Origin: Centruroides vittatus
Taxonomy: Eukaryota
Direction of reading: 5' to 3'
Assembly (NCBI RefSeq): GCF_030686945.1
Contig: NW_027122708.1
Coordinates: 5,674,248-5,738,247, forward strand
DNA: 64,000 nt
Shown here: in pieces, positions 36,915 to 49,099 of the stretch
Position numbering within the stretch: position 1 is the first letter of the stretch
How the letters are laid out: each line of letters opens with the position of its first letter
Translations under genes and position numbers: made by a program
The notes under the pieces: generated by a model
The model's input: the letters and a program-made list of their open reading frames with translations, nothing else
The model's database searches: none
What the model was told of the DNA's origin: nothing

Positions 36915-37785
36915 CTAAATTTATATAAAAATATCTTTTAGAACAAATAAAACTTAACTATAAACAATATATTAATTTCTAGCAAGCAAATGTTCTAATA
37001 AGCGTAGCCTCTTGATTTCAAATCCTTTTCTAATATATAAATTCTTAAAGAATTTTGTTTTTAAAAATTTTAAGCATTCATTAATTCATTACCATATAGT
37101 AAACAAAGCCTGAATGATACATTAATAATCAACTGAGAAAGTCAGATTCATTACTAATTAGCCACTACATACAAATTTAAATGACTACTGTATTAAAATT
37201 TAATACAAAATTTAAATTTAGGAAAGTTTAAATTACAAGGAAGAAAGAAAAACATTTTCTGTCATAGAAAAAAAATACAAAGAAAAGAAATCTGTATTTC
37301 TTTTGTTACAAAAAGATTTTTATATGCTATATAAAGATCTTGTCAACAAAAAATGTTTGTTTCAATTAATAAAAGGCTGTCATTTCTAAATAGCACAACA
37401 AATATATTACTTGTAAAAATAAATTATTATTATATTTTAATTACAAATTATTAAGTTGATATTAATTTATAAAAATCAGAATAGTTTATTTTACAGGACA
37501 AAACTTTGAATTCTTATGCTAAACCAAATACAATAGCATCAAATATTGTATTTTCTACTAGTAAAACATAGGGATATAAGATACATCCACAATTTAGCAA
37601 AAATTAGTTTTAAAAAATTTTATTGTAATTTGGGTATATAACCTGAGAAAATTGCTAAATAACCTTTGCATAACCTATTCCACCACATACTCATGCCTAT
37701 GTTGCTCCACAGACACAAATTTGTAATTGCAATTTAAAATCAGCAATAACCAGCACCTCCTTTCAAATTGGCTTTTAAACAGAGA

Positions 37786-39779
37786 GGTTAATGTAACCCT
37801 TGGTGCCAAGATGGCGGCGCTTCCGGTAATCTCCAATCCGGGTGTCATGAGGTAATAGTGATAGAGGGAGCTATCATGTAATTTACTGATGTAATACGTA
37901 ATGATGTTTAACATGACGTAAAAAAATAATGTGAAAGATTATGCAAATTTGTAAAATATGATGTGGTAGACAGTAGTTTTTTGCAGAAATATGCAAATTA
38001 ACTGGTAGGTAGATGATACTGACAGTGTTGCGTTGTATCTATAGCGGAATTTTTGATTTTTATTTTTTCAATAGTTTTTTCAAAAAAGTTAAAAAGGTAA
38101 ATATATTGTTCTTAAACAATAGTATTTGTGAATTTGATATAAACAAACAACTAAAAATGTTGTTAATTTTTCAATTTTTTTATTTTTTTTTTTGATAATT
38201 TTGTGACTAGTAGTTATGCAGAAATTAGATCTGGTGAATTTTTGTTAGGTCAAACTCTTCGTAAATTCTAATAGATAGATGAAAATGAATATTTGAAATT
38301 AGTGTGGGACAATGATATTAATAATGGCTTTAAATTTGCTTTAAAATTAGGACTACACGAACTTATGCCAGGTGCAACTCGTGTGCTAAAACATGTAAAT
38401 TATACTATAGAAGCAACTTAAAATCATGTTTTCTAAGATTTGTAAAGTGGTAATAAGTATTCAGCATACGAAGGAAACATTCAAAAGCATATTTGGCAAT
38501 GTCCATTTTGGTCATATTTTGTCTTTCGGTTCGCCCTCAAATTGTTTGAAATGTACGGCAAAATGGAATTACAGCATTCTCACTGTCCGAAGCATATATC
38601 TGATTGAATAAGTGTAAAGAAAACCTGGAGACAGTCCAATTTTTCGCAAAACAATTCGTTGCGATGTGTCCAGGGACTGGGAAAACTGCAAAATGGTTTG
38701 ATCTACAATATGTTCTGTCTGCACTACTTCTGAACTTTAATAAGAAGCAAATACTGAAAATAGAGAAGGAATAGGAAAAGGCAACAGCAAATGTGAATAA
38801 AAAGGCAGCCAAACACTCCTCTAAGGTTGCAGCAGAAACATCATCATTAGGGAAGAAAGGACCTGCAAAAAAGGAAATTGGAATCTACCAAGCTAGGGAA
38901 AAAAGTAGGATTGAATATAAAAAACGAATCATTAACGTGAGTATGTTTTTTTTTTTTATCATCAATATTTTATCTTATATTATTATATTTTCGGAAACAC
39001 ATGATCTCTGATCAAAATACCGCTAAACGCGCTGTAAAGGTCGCCTTTGGCGGCCTGAGTCAAAGAAATCGCCCGACTGAGATAATTGCTCCCACCTGGA
39101 GCCGGGGTCATAAACGGCCGGAAGGATCAAAGGTGGAGCGTCCCCACTTAAGGGTCAATGTGTTGGCCACGTGCCGGCCAGCTTGAGAAAACAAAAATAA
39201 ATAAAGCACGGACGCAAATGTGAGCTACGTCGGCGGGAGATAGGGCGGACGTCTTGGAAGGCTCTAAGAAAGGGGAAGGAAGTGATTGGTCGCAGGAGGC
39301 AGTGCCAGAATCCCTTAAATTGGAAGGGTGGCAAAAAAGCGAGGAGAAAGGGCGAGGGACCTGGTACGTGGCGGTCTCTAACAACAGGCAGACCTTTGAG
39401 GCGGATAGAGAGAGTGTTCTCCTCTTGGAAAGTCCTCTGGAGAAAGGTTGTTGTAGAGACGGACGGCCACGAGGTTAAGCCATCTCCGGAAGAGTGACTC
39501 GTGTTCCCAGGCCAGCTAAGTCGACGTGCTGCATCACAGCTTCGATACTGTAGTGTACGTAATGCTATTGCATAGTGTATATCTTTGTAAATATTTGTAA
39601 ATAAACTGTATATAACTAATCATTGAGTGTGGAGGTGTGACTTTCCGACGGACCTTCTAACGGAACATTTGTAAAGATCACGAGACGAGTAAGAAGGATC
39701 TTCACTCGCGCAGTCTCCAGGCCAATCCAAGATGGTGACCGGAAGCGTCGCCATCTTGACACCAAGGGTTACATTAACC
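37786..39779. mobile_element. hAT-like TIR element (about 2 kb) carrying GC-rich cargo.
   Basis: TIRs of about 45 bp read GGTTAATGTAACCCTTGGTGCCAAGATGGCGGCGCTTCCGG, with an inverted partner ending ..CCAAGGGTTACATTAACC at 39779. An 8-bp direct repeat AACAGAGA lies at 37778-37785 and 39780-39787. The interior at 39000-39520 is GC-rich, unlike the surroundings. Confidence 0.6.
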
Positions 39780-41143
39780 AACAGAGATAACATATGAATA
39801 CTGTAATCTGCACAAAAATAGTATTTGCATATATTTACAAATATTGACTAATATATTATTATCTATGCTATCATATGGCTTGCAATTAAACTGTCCTAAA
39901 ATTTTATTTATATTTCTAAATTTTAATGATGAAAGCAGATCTATACAGTATTATTATAAATAATTTTGTCTAAGTGCAATGCAAAAAAAATCAGAAGTGT
40001 TACAATATGCTGCTAAACAAGAAAAATTTTAAAGTCTATTAAATACAGACACACATTGCATGTTCAAATTTCATTTTCAGCATATGAAAAATTAGAAATA
40101 TCTTAACATACTCTGTTGTTATGAAATAACTTACTTAACATAAATATATTATAAACTTTTAATATTTTCAATGACTATTTTATGATATTGACTTATTCTA
40201 TTCATAAACATGATATACAGGGTCTACCAAAATAAATGCTACCATTTTAAATTACTGTAATTATGTTAATTGTTACATGAGAAGTATGCAATGTACAGTA
40301 CATTGATAGACAGTAACAGCCTGAGTTTTATCTTCCACCTATATTCAAAAGTCTTGTCATCTACTATCTCTAGGAAGTACCATATATAAAAATGACAACT
40401 TGCAACAGAGAAGGCATTTTGTCTTGCAGTTTGCAAAGTCAGAATCAATCGTCATTGTGCAACATGAATAATCTGTAGCAGCTGTAGAATTGTGGCTGCT
40501 GTGGGAGTGACTAAGGGTATGCTGGAGTGAGAATAAGAATTTGAGTATCAGTTGGATGTGTACCATGTGACATGAAGTGCATGCATGCATTGAGAAATTG
40601 TAATGGACAAATGTGAAATCTGGCCAGTTTTCCAATGTTTTAATGTACATTACAACATTCTCAGGTAATAATTAACTTAATTACAATAATTTAAAATGAT
40701 AGAATTCAAAATTATAAAATGTAAAAACATTACATACCAAGTAATGTTACTGATTACTATTTAGTAGCATTCTGTTCTCTGTGAATGATAATATTGCCTG
40801 AAGAGGACAGTTATATACTGCCGAAAGTACTTGGATAAATACACTTTTCCATAATGCCGATAGACAGTTGTGTTGTAAATTTTATGATAGCATTCTTTTT
40901 GGAAGAATCAAAAACTTACTATCATCAAATCATGAGTTATAAAATTAGATAAAACCATCTTTATTCAGTTTTGTAACTCATAATTATATTTCTCGAAATG
41001 TCAGAAAAATATGGTATTATACAATCGTCTAAATAATAAGTCAACCTCTGGATTTATTTTTACTTTTAATACAAGGTAATTGCAATGGATAAAATTATGC
41101 AGATATAAGAATGTAAAATACTTACATTAAAAGGTTTCCTTAC

Positions 41144-41199
41144 AGTTAATATATCATTCTCATCAACAGAAGCCAAATATTGTTGATAAACTTTTCCAT
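41144..41199 (-). CDS. WD40-repeat protein gene, small internal exon.
   Basis: tttttttttatcaag|ATGGAAAAG... to ...ATATTAACT|gtaaggaa. With the phase-1 carry-over from the previous exon it reads (D)GKVYQQYLASVDENDILT, so the phase is consistent with exon 43047-43179. Confidence 0.45.
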
Positions 41200-41792
41200 C
41201 TTGATAAAAAAAAATTTAATTTAATTTATATTTCAAAAGTAAAAGTATTTAAAAACATTTATAATCATGTTTATCATTAAAATATTCTCAATTATCAAGC
41301 TTAATATGCAATAAAAACAATTTAATCTTTCTGAAAAAATATTTTGTGAATTTAATATAATTATCTAGAAAATAATTTTAATATTTTAATAAATGTGAAT
41401 ATAAAATATATGAAATTGTATATTACTTAGAATAAATATAAAGTTAAATAATATAAAATAATTTTCAAATATGCAAATGTTTTAGAAGAATCCTGGAAAA
41501 ATTTATTTTATTAACAACAAATTTAATAATATAAAAGATTTTGTTGAGTCTTTTTATGTCAAATATTTCTGAATTACTTTGCTCTGTCTTCAGATATACA
41601 GTACATTCAAAACTTGTGTCACTACAGCACAGAACTTTTTTCAAATTTAAAATTATATTTATAGAAATGTTTTGTGTGTTTTAAATCAATAAAAACATTC
41701 TTAAAAAAATTAAATTTTTAGTATTTTTAAGTTTTAATACTTACATATCCAAAAATTTCTTAAATTTACAAACAAAATTAAAATAATATAAA

Positions 41793-42150
41793 GGTACTTG
41801 TATGTTCTTTGGAACTTAGCATAAAGTTGCTATTGAGAACAAACCATACAGAAACACTCCTTTTGATGGAAAAAGTAGATTATTTCCCATGATTTACAAT
41901 GGATATGCATTTCAGGCTTGGGTTTTAGGGTTTTGTGAGTTAGCATATGTTAAATGTAAATTATTAAACACATTATGAATTTCTTATATAGTTTTACTGA
42001 TTTACATAATAAAATAATGACTGAAGAGGGGCATAGAGCCTGAAATGCATGTCTGTTGTAAATCATAGAAAATAAATCTACTTTTTCCATTAAAAGAAGT
42101 GTTCCTGTACGATTTGTTCTCAATAGCAACTTTATGCTAAGTTTCAAAGA
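41793..42150. repeat. Foldback element: arms of about 110 bp at roughly 90% identity, with a loop of about 120 bp.
   Basis: 41793-41913 (GTATGTTCTTTGGAACTTAGCATAAAGTTGCTATTGAGAAC...) against the reverse complement of 42037-42160. Confidence 0.5.
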
Positions 42151-42160
42151 ACATACAACT

Positions 42161-42216
42161 AATTGAGAAAACAGTAAGCAATCAAATAATGGTACTTGTA
42201 CCATTATTTGATTGCT
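42161..42216. repeat. Perfect 54-bp palindrome.
   Basis: AACAGTAAGCAATCAAATAATGGTAC ttgtacc ATTATTTGATTGCTTACTGTT. It lies directly 3' of the foldback above and shares GGTACTTGTA with that foldback's flank at 41784. Confidence 0.8.
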
Positions 42217-43046
42217 TACTGTTCTCCAGGCTAACTCCATGTTATTGACAGAATAAAATGATGGCAATCTTCTCTTTCAGCTTTTGTTGAAACCTATTCT
42301 GGCACACCTCCTTAGAACTAAAAAAGCTTTCTTTAAAGAATCTGGAGCAATTACATGTATTAATTGTGCTTCTATGAATGTGTATGTTTTATACTTTCCT
42401 TCAGCATGTTAATGTGTTAAATAAATATTACTACATTCAGTTTACTAGTTGTTTTCTTGAAAGTTACTGTGTCAACTCTGCTCTACTCATTTTTCAGATT
42501 AAAAAATTTTAATTAATGATAAAAAAACAAAAGCAATTTAATGAACTTTATATTACAGATCTTTCTATCGTAATTACAATTTTATTTCACTCTATTTTAC
42601 TTGTTTTCTGTTTGTTTATCGTCTTTTCATTAAATTGCATTACTGCATTGAAATGCAGTAATGCAATTTGCAAAGCAGAATATGAATGAAATAAAGAAAC
42701 TGCAGACTAGAATGTATGAGCCATCTAATCAGAGGTGCAAGAATTTCAATCTCAATGCATTCATGATTAGGATATGTCTTCTCACAAATATCAATTGGTG
42801 CTTATTGTACTCAGTATTTTGTCTCATAAATTGAAAAGGGAAAGCCAATTTATTATAAATTGAAAAGGGAAAGACAAAGAAAATACAGAATATAATAATT
42901 TGATACAATGGACTACGTATTTGAGTACTTGTAAATTGGGGTCACACTATTTGAACAATGCATTAGTTTGTACAATATCATTTTTTATGTTAATATGAAT
43001 CAATCTATCAAATAAATAAATTTAAAAATTTCTACTAATATATTAC

Positions 43047-43179
43047 CTTTATTCAAAATATAAGCTGGTTCCACATTTAAATTACAGTCAGTCAATGCAG
43101 AAATTGAAGTAACATTATCACCATATTTTGTCCAAATTCCAATACTTCCATCTACTGTTCCAGCAATTACATAGTTATC
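43047..43179 (-). CDS. WD40-repeat protein gene, internal exon.
   Basis: tttattttttag|GATAACTATG... to ...TTGAATAAAG|gtaatata. It encodes DNYVIAGTVDGSIGIWTKYGDNVTSISALTDCNLNVEPAYILNK and ends in phase 1. Confidence 0.6.
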
Positions 43180-43324
43180 CTAAAAAATAAATTTAAAAAT
43201 TTTATGCCATCTTAGCTTGTTATATGAAATTTAAAATTAGCAAATTTATTAAAAATAACTTTGGATGTGCATAAATGTAATATTCTGGCTGCTTATATAT
43301 ATATATATAAACATAAAATATATT

Positions 43325-43403
43325 GTGATCATGTCAAATTTGACCCTCTGGGACTTTTGCAAACTCAAGATTTTGAGACCCCATGAAAAAGGAGAGAAAA
43401 AGT

Positions 43404-43470
<67 letters not shown>

Positions 43471-43690
43471 CTGTGTCTATTTTGTTTAATATCTCAGGAT
43501 GGGGAATGAGGTAAAGATTAGGAAATGAAATTTGGCATGGTAATTTGTATATAAGGAGCATTGATGCTATAAAATTTTGGTGGTTAAAGGTTGAATGGGT
43601 CATGTGTCATATCTTCAGTGGGGTTGGACTTAAAAATTTTACTTGTTACTGGCATTTACAATTTTTTAAAAACTCATCTCTATCATCAAA
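43325..43690. repeat. Unclassified interspersed repeat, copy B, carrying an internal (CT)10(GT)24 expansion.
   Basis: Same family as 14025-14360. The microsatellite at 43398-43470 replaces a unique segment of about 30 bp in copy A. Confidence 0.6.
43398..43470. repeat. Compound microsatellite (CT)n(GT)n.
   Basis: ctctctctctctctctctctgtgtgtgtgtgtgtgtgtgtgtgtgtgtgtgtgtgtgtgtgtgtgt. Confidence 0.95.
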
Positions 43691-44519
43691 ATTTATGTTA
43701 GCTACAAACTAATTCAAAAATTGAGTAATTTAGTAAACTAGAAGAATTTCAAATCAATTCTGATTGCAATTTGAAATCATGAAAAAAGATTATTTTACAA
43801 ACCAAGAAATATTTTGAAAGCTGGAATACTTTGAAAACTATAAACTTTTTCAAAGTTATTCAAAAAAGTTTATAGGTTTTTGGTATCATAAGCTTAATTT
43901 CAACAATAAGACAGAAGTTTAATAACATTGATATGTGTAACAATAAATGATGATTGACAACTTAACCAGATTATACTTCTCTAACAGATAAAGAATATTG
44001 TTTGACTTATAACCTGCCCTCCTTCCCTATTCCTATTGTGATGTTTGTTGCGACAAGTACGTGGTCCTGCGAGTGGAATGGTACAAATAAATACTTGTTA
44101 GACTTTCCAACACAAAGTAATTTATTATCACCTTGAACAGGTTCTTTTTCTTTTAGATCCCAACTCTACAAATGCTTTCTGTACACACAGCCGTTAAATA
44201 TTGATCTAACAAACAACAGGTTATTTGAGAGTGACAATTATATGTGGGCCGAAACTTATAACTAATACTTATACTACTTATTAATGCCAAATTCATTTCT
44301 GATTTATAATCATTATATCCAAATTTAGCCCGTTCATTTATGGCAGTTGTGAGAGTATATCTGCTTAATAATGGGTTTTCAATTGATGTGTATATTTGTA
44401 TATCTATACCTTGCCGGGGTTGCAATGGCCGACTGAGTGCCTTGAGTGGATGTTTCTGGCCAAAGGTGCAGTGAGTCTCCAGTAGGCACCGTAATAACCA
44501 TTAATGGTTATATCTTAAA

Positions 44520-44640
44520 TTTATATATACTGGAAGAGGCTGAACTGAAGGTCTGGGTAGCGTAACTGGCAATGCTACCCAGACTACACGGTAAGCGGGA
44601 GTTGCAGGTTCGAGCTCGTTTCAGGCCGATTCTTTTCTTC
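44520..44640 (+). repeat. tRNA-derived (pol III A-box and B-box-like) SINE-like fragment inside a 350-bp insert.
   Basis: TAGCGTAACTGG is A-box-like and GGTTCGAGCTC is B-box-like. No clean cloverleaf forms, so this is not called as a tRNA gene. Confidence 0.3.
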
Positions 44641-44870
44641 CAGTTTAGTCTTAATTAATTAAATATTATAATTATTAATTTTAATACAAGATGGCACCTA
44701 ATGCCACACACTAATGCTAAATTCATTTTTAATTTATAATCATTATATCCAAATTTAACCCATTCATTTATGGCAATTGTGGGAGTATATTTGGTTATGT
44801 GTTTGTTGAAAAAAGCAAATTATACAAATTATTGATATATAATTTAATCATCAATAAAATTATAACTAAC

Positions 44871-44978
44871 CTCTAAAGTCACATATTTAACTGGAGCATG
44901 TAAACCAGTAAGCGTACTGACATTTTCCATCATTTCAATATTCCATAATTTTACTGTGCAGTCTTGAGAGCAAGTAGC
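44871..44978 (-). CDS. WD40-repeat protein gene, internal exon.
   Basis: atatttctag|GCTACTTGC... to ...ACTTTAGAG|gttagtta. It encodes ATCSQDCTVKLWNIEMMENVSTLTGLHAPVKYVTLE, a classic WD pattern (D.TVKLWN...TL.GH...V). Confidence 0.65.
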
Positions 44979-47900
44979 CTAGAAATATATTTATTAAAAA
45001 ATTTAATACAAATTATCAATTGTAATTTTAAATATTTTCTTTATAAAATTGTCTTATAATTGTAAAAAGGGCAGAAAAATATTTAAATCTAAGTAATTAA
45101 TACTAAAACATCTGACAGTTGACAGTGATATAAGCAACATCATTCTGTTTTTTTTTTCTTTTTTTACTGATCCATTTTATGTATTTACTCATCAAAGTAT
45201 AAACTTTTCTTAACTTATTATGGCCTTAAAATAAATTCAGTTAAGGATGGGCATACTTCAGAACTGTGCTTCTCGAAAATTTGCATCAAATCAAACTTCC
45301 TATATCGTAATCATGAATGATCATTGGAAATGATAAAAAGAAATGTCCTTTTATTAAATCAGAGACACACATCTAATATATAACTGTTTTAAAAGTTGAC
45401 TAAGTTACAATCACTAGTAGTCATACTGCTAATGACTATGTATTAAAAAAAAAAAAGCTTTTCTTACAATCATTTTTAAACCAAAACTCTGGAAATATGA
45501 TCATGTGATACAGAAGAGACTAGTCATTTATGAAAAATATTGTGCTATATTACTTTTATATACTGACCTACAGTAAACATTTGCCATGATGTAATAATTT
45601 AGTAGTAGTTGATCTATCTTATCAAGATGTTCAATATAGGATGAGTTAAATACAGAAGCTTGTGGCATCACATGACTAAAGTAGTATATAAACAAAATCT
45701 CACTATTTATTGATTCTTGCAGAACAATAAGAACAGGATTTGAGAGGAGCACAAAGCTGGAGTTTATGTAGTATCAGCTAGGAATATATTGCTGCCCATT
45801 AAAATTGCTATATCATGAAGGTGGCATGTAACAAATGCAAAATTTGCATGAAAGGTACAACATGCTGGATGGATGCTCTGTATCTCAAAATTACCTGTCA
45901 ATTTAATCATGACTTCTTTCCATTATACTGTATGTTTACAATAAATATGATTGTGCTATTTGCTTTCCTTCCTGGTGCAGCACTTTTAATTAATGGCCAG
46001 CAGTGTAGCAACTTAGAAGTGTAGCCTAATGGGTTACACTAGCAGGAACCTTGCGCAGAGACTGTATGAACATAGATAAGATGTGAACACAGGTAAGAGT
46101 AGTGTTAGCTTGTTTTGCAACTGCAGAAAATACAGAAATCATGTGGAATCAAGCTAGAATAATCAGGAATATTCAGATCGCCCAAGCACGCAGCAATAGC
46201 CAAAAGAACAGAAATATTTGGGCAAAAGTTCAGGGATTATGCCTGAATGCAAATGATGTGGAAACCGCCTGTACAGCTTGAAAGTTTTTACTAACACTAA
46301 GATGTAAACTTAAAATATGCCTCTGCAGCTATCATAGATTTTTTTTATTTGTAGTTTATTTTCATTAGTTTATATTAGTGATGGAACAATACCAAAATTT
46401 CTCCCAATTTCAAATCTTTTTTGAATACTTTATATAACTTATTTTTGTTCAGAAAAATTAAGGATTTACATTATGAACATGGTACATACATTAATTAATA
46501 AACTGTGATAGTTACGAGCAGTACGAAGACAAAGAGACGAAATGAGAGGAACAAAACACAATGAGTTTTATTTCCTTGCTCGTAAACAAACAGGATACAG
46601 TGGATACCAACAAGTACCTTTCCCACCGATAATATCTTAGAGCAAATACTCCGACCCACCGACAATATTCGAGAGCAAATACCGAAACTATTACAATAAA
46701 ATTTCCCGACAATATTACCTTAAAATATAAACCTTAATTATAATATACAATAAGATTTCCCGACAAGATCGCTTAAGTTATGAACTAAAACTAGTATATA
46801 AGATAAAGAAATAAAAGAAAGAGGATGTCAAGAATATACAGGAAAGCGGCTACCCACGACTAGATGGTGATGACGAAACTACTGGCCGAAGTATTACGGT
46901 GAGAACGAGGATCGGCGAAGACTTTCACTCCTTTTTATTTTCTCCAAAATACTGCCGTTCAAATCGATCTTCTCTCTATCTTCTCTTGATACTAGGTATA
47001 CTCGGGAGACTCCACTAGCCTTCCTTCCTACTCGAGTTCTCGCCTCAGAATGACACACGTGTTCCCCTTTCTTCCCTCAGGGCTGCACTCCCTCTTTTGT
47101 TTTCAGGGGTGAGTCATCAAACTCACTAAGGAAGGGTAAGAACAATAGATACGTTCCAGGAAGAATGGACAAAGAGGTTAGAAAGAGAGGAATAAAGGAA
47201 ATAAAGAAAGTATAAAATATAAAAACGATACAATTACATAAAAAATATACACCTTAAGCATGGCGTGTAGCCACAAAACATTATGTTTAAGAATGGAAAA
47301 CAATTGGGAAATACAGAATCAATCTTTCAAAAGAAACCTGAAAATTTTCCATTTATATGCATGCTTTCATTGTGTATTATAAAATAAATTTGTAATCTTA
47401 TTTCAGATAAAGTTAATATTGCATCACTATTCCCAAAGAAGTTACAGCAAATTCCCTTTTACTCAAAGAATTATCATCATGTCACCTAGGGTTGCCATCT
47501 TTGGAAACAGTTTCATTGGTCAATGCAATGACCAGGGGAGGCAGAAGGTAAATGAGATGATGCACTTCTTTTTTACATGCTTCTTGCAATTGGCATGCCT
47601 CATAAATGCTTTAATTCTGTTGTATTTAACACTATATGAGGTTTGGCAAATGATGCAACAAGCTGAACAAATATCACTGTCACAAGTTTAACCAACTTTT
47701 AGATTCATTCACTTAAGCCAGGTTTTCCTAAATGTACAATTTCTTTTCCTTCAAAAAAATTTATGCAGACTCAGACAAATATCTAGACTGACTCATCTTA
47801 AAAAACTAAATTTTTATAACTCAAAACAGCAGCAGACTTAGCACAAACACTTATTTTTTACTTAGAACTGCATAAATTGCATTTGAAAATTTAACAAAAC

Positions 47901-49099
47901 AATACACTAATAAAATATCATATTTTCATGTATGTTACCTGCAGGTTATTTGTGTTTAAAAGACATGATGAAAGAGGATGTGGATTATGCAATAGCAAGT
48001 GTTATATGCAGTGTGTAGTGGCTCAGATATATCAAAATATATTGAGCTTAGGGGAGGGGTAATAATTTGAGAACTTTACAAAATTATAATGAGAAAATTG
48101 ACAAACATGTTTAATGACAACAAAGACACGCATAATGAATTAACACTATAACCAACACCACTTCGTTACTGTGTTTAATTGATTAACATTGTTGAGGTGA
48201 CTCAGACATGAATATTAATTTCACTCGCCATAATGGATATATATAAATGTATTGTACATATATTCACATGACTGATAACACGTGTAGCCGAATCCTCTTG
48301 CCACTGATTCGGGGACCTCTCCCTCTGACGATTCTCTTCCTTACAATCCTTTAATTCAAACCCTATGTGTTTGTAGAAAATCACAACTTTATAAAAATAA
48401 GTCATGTTAGGTTCCATTAATGCATATCTATTCACCTTATCATCCTCCATACTGATTTGTCTGTGATCCGTGGTCGATGGACTTGGATTATCTTTTCTTA
48501 AGAGACGTTTGCTCCTTCCTTTGTCCTAGCTGAGCTACACCATGACTCCACACTCACCTGTCTAGTCCCAAAGTTCTTCCGAAAACGTCCAAGGGGAGGA
48601 AGACGAAAGGAAAGTCTCCAACAGGTTGAACCTTCACTTTTATACCTCCTGCCATCTCTGGAGAATTACCTGTCACATGACTTGGCAGTTGACCAATTAA
48701 CAGTATTTTCACCGTACAACCCAGAATAGGATGGAATGGGACAAAAGCAAAAACACGCTCGTAACACAACTCAAAACCCAACATAAAATAAACGAAAATG
48801 CAATTACACACATGATATAGATATACAATAAAAAAATTTATTCTTTCACAATTATAGTAGCACAGCACAAGTGGCTTACTTATGGTAAGGCAAGTAGTGT
48901 TTGTGCCCTGGGCACCACTAAGCACTTTAATAAAAAGTCAGATAAGCTATTCTTGGATAGTGATAAAATAATTTTCTTCGGGTATATGACCTGTCTTTGA
49001 TTATCATGGGTGAAAAACACTATGATGGATGGATTGTTAAACCATTTATTTAAATTATTAGGTAATAATACAGTGCTAGGAAAAACTGTAAAACATCAT

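Noticed and set aside
39001-39497. Cluster of 60-78-aa ORFs in several frames and on both strands in the GC-rich block.
   Set aside because: Overlapping ORFs in three or more frames is the expected artefact of GC-rich sequence. No motif was recognisable. The block is treated as cargo of the hAT-like element.
44520-44640. Possible tRNA gene.
   Set aside because: A-box and B-box-like motifs are present, but no acceptable cloverleaf (acceptor stem or anticodon arm) could be drawn. It is more likely a SINE-type pol III-derived fragment.
46500-48800. Two GC-richer blocks (46500-47280; 48230-48800) considered as possible paired LTRs.
   Set aside because: No convincing direct-repeat alignment between them. 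Only short shared motifs (ACACGTGT, CGTGTAGCC) were seen. Block 1 contains a ~30-bp minisatellite (CCCACCGACAATATTCGAGAGCAAATAC). Their origin is unknown.
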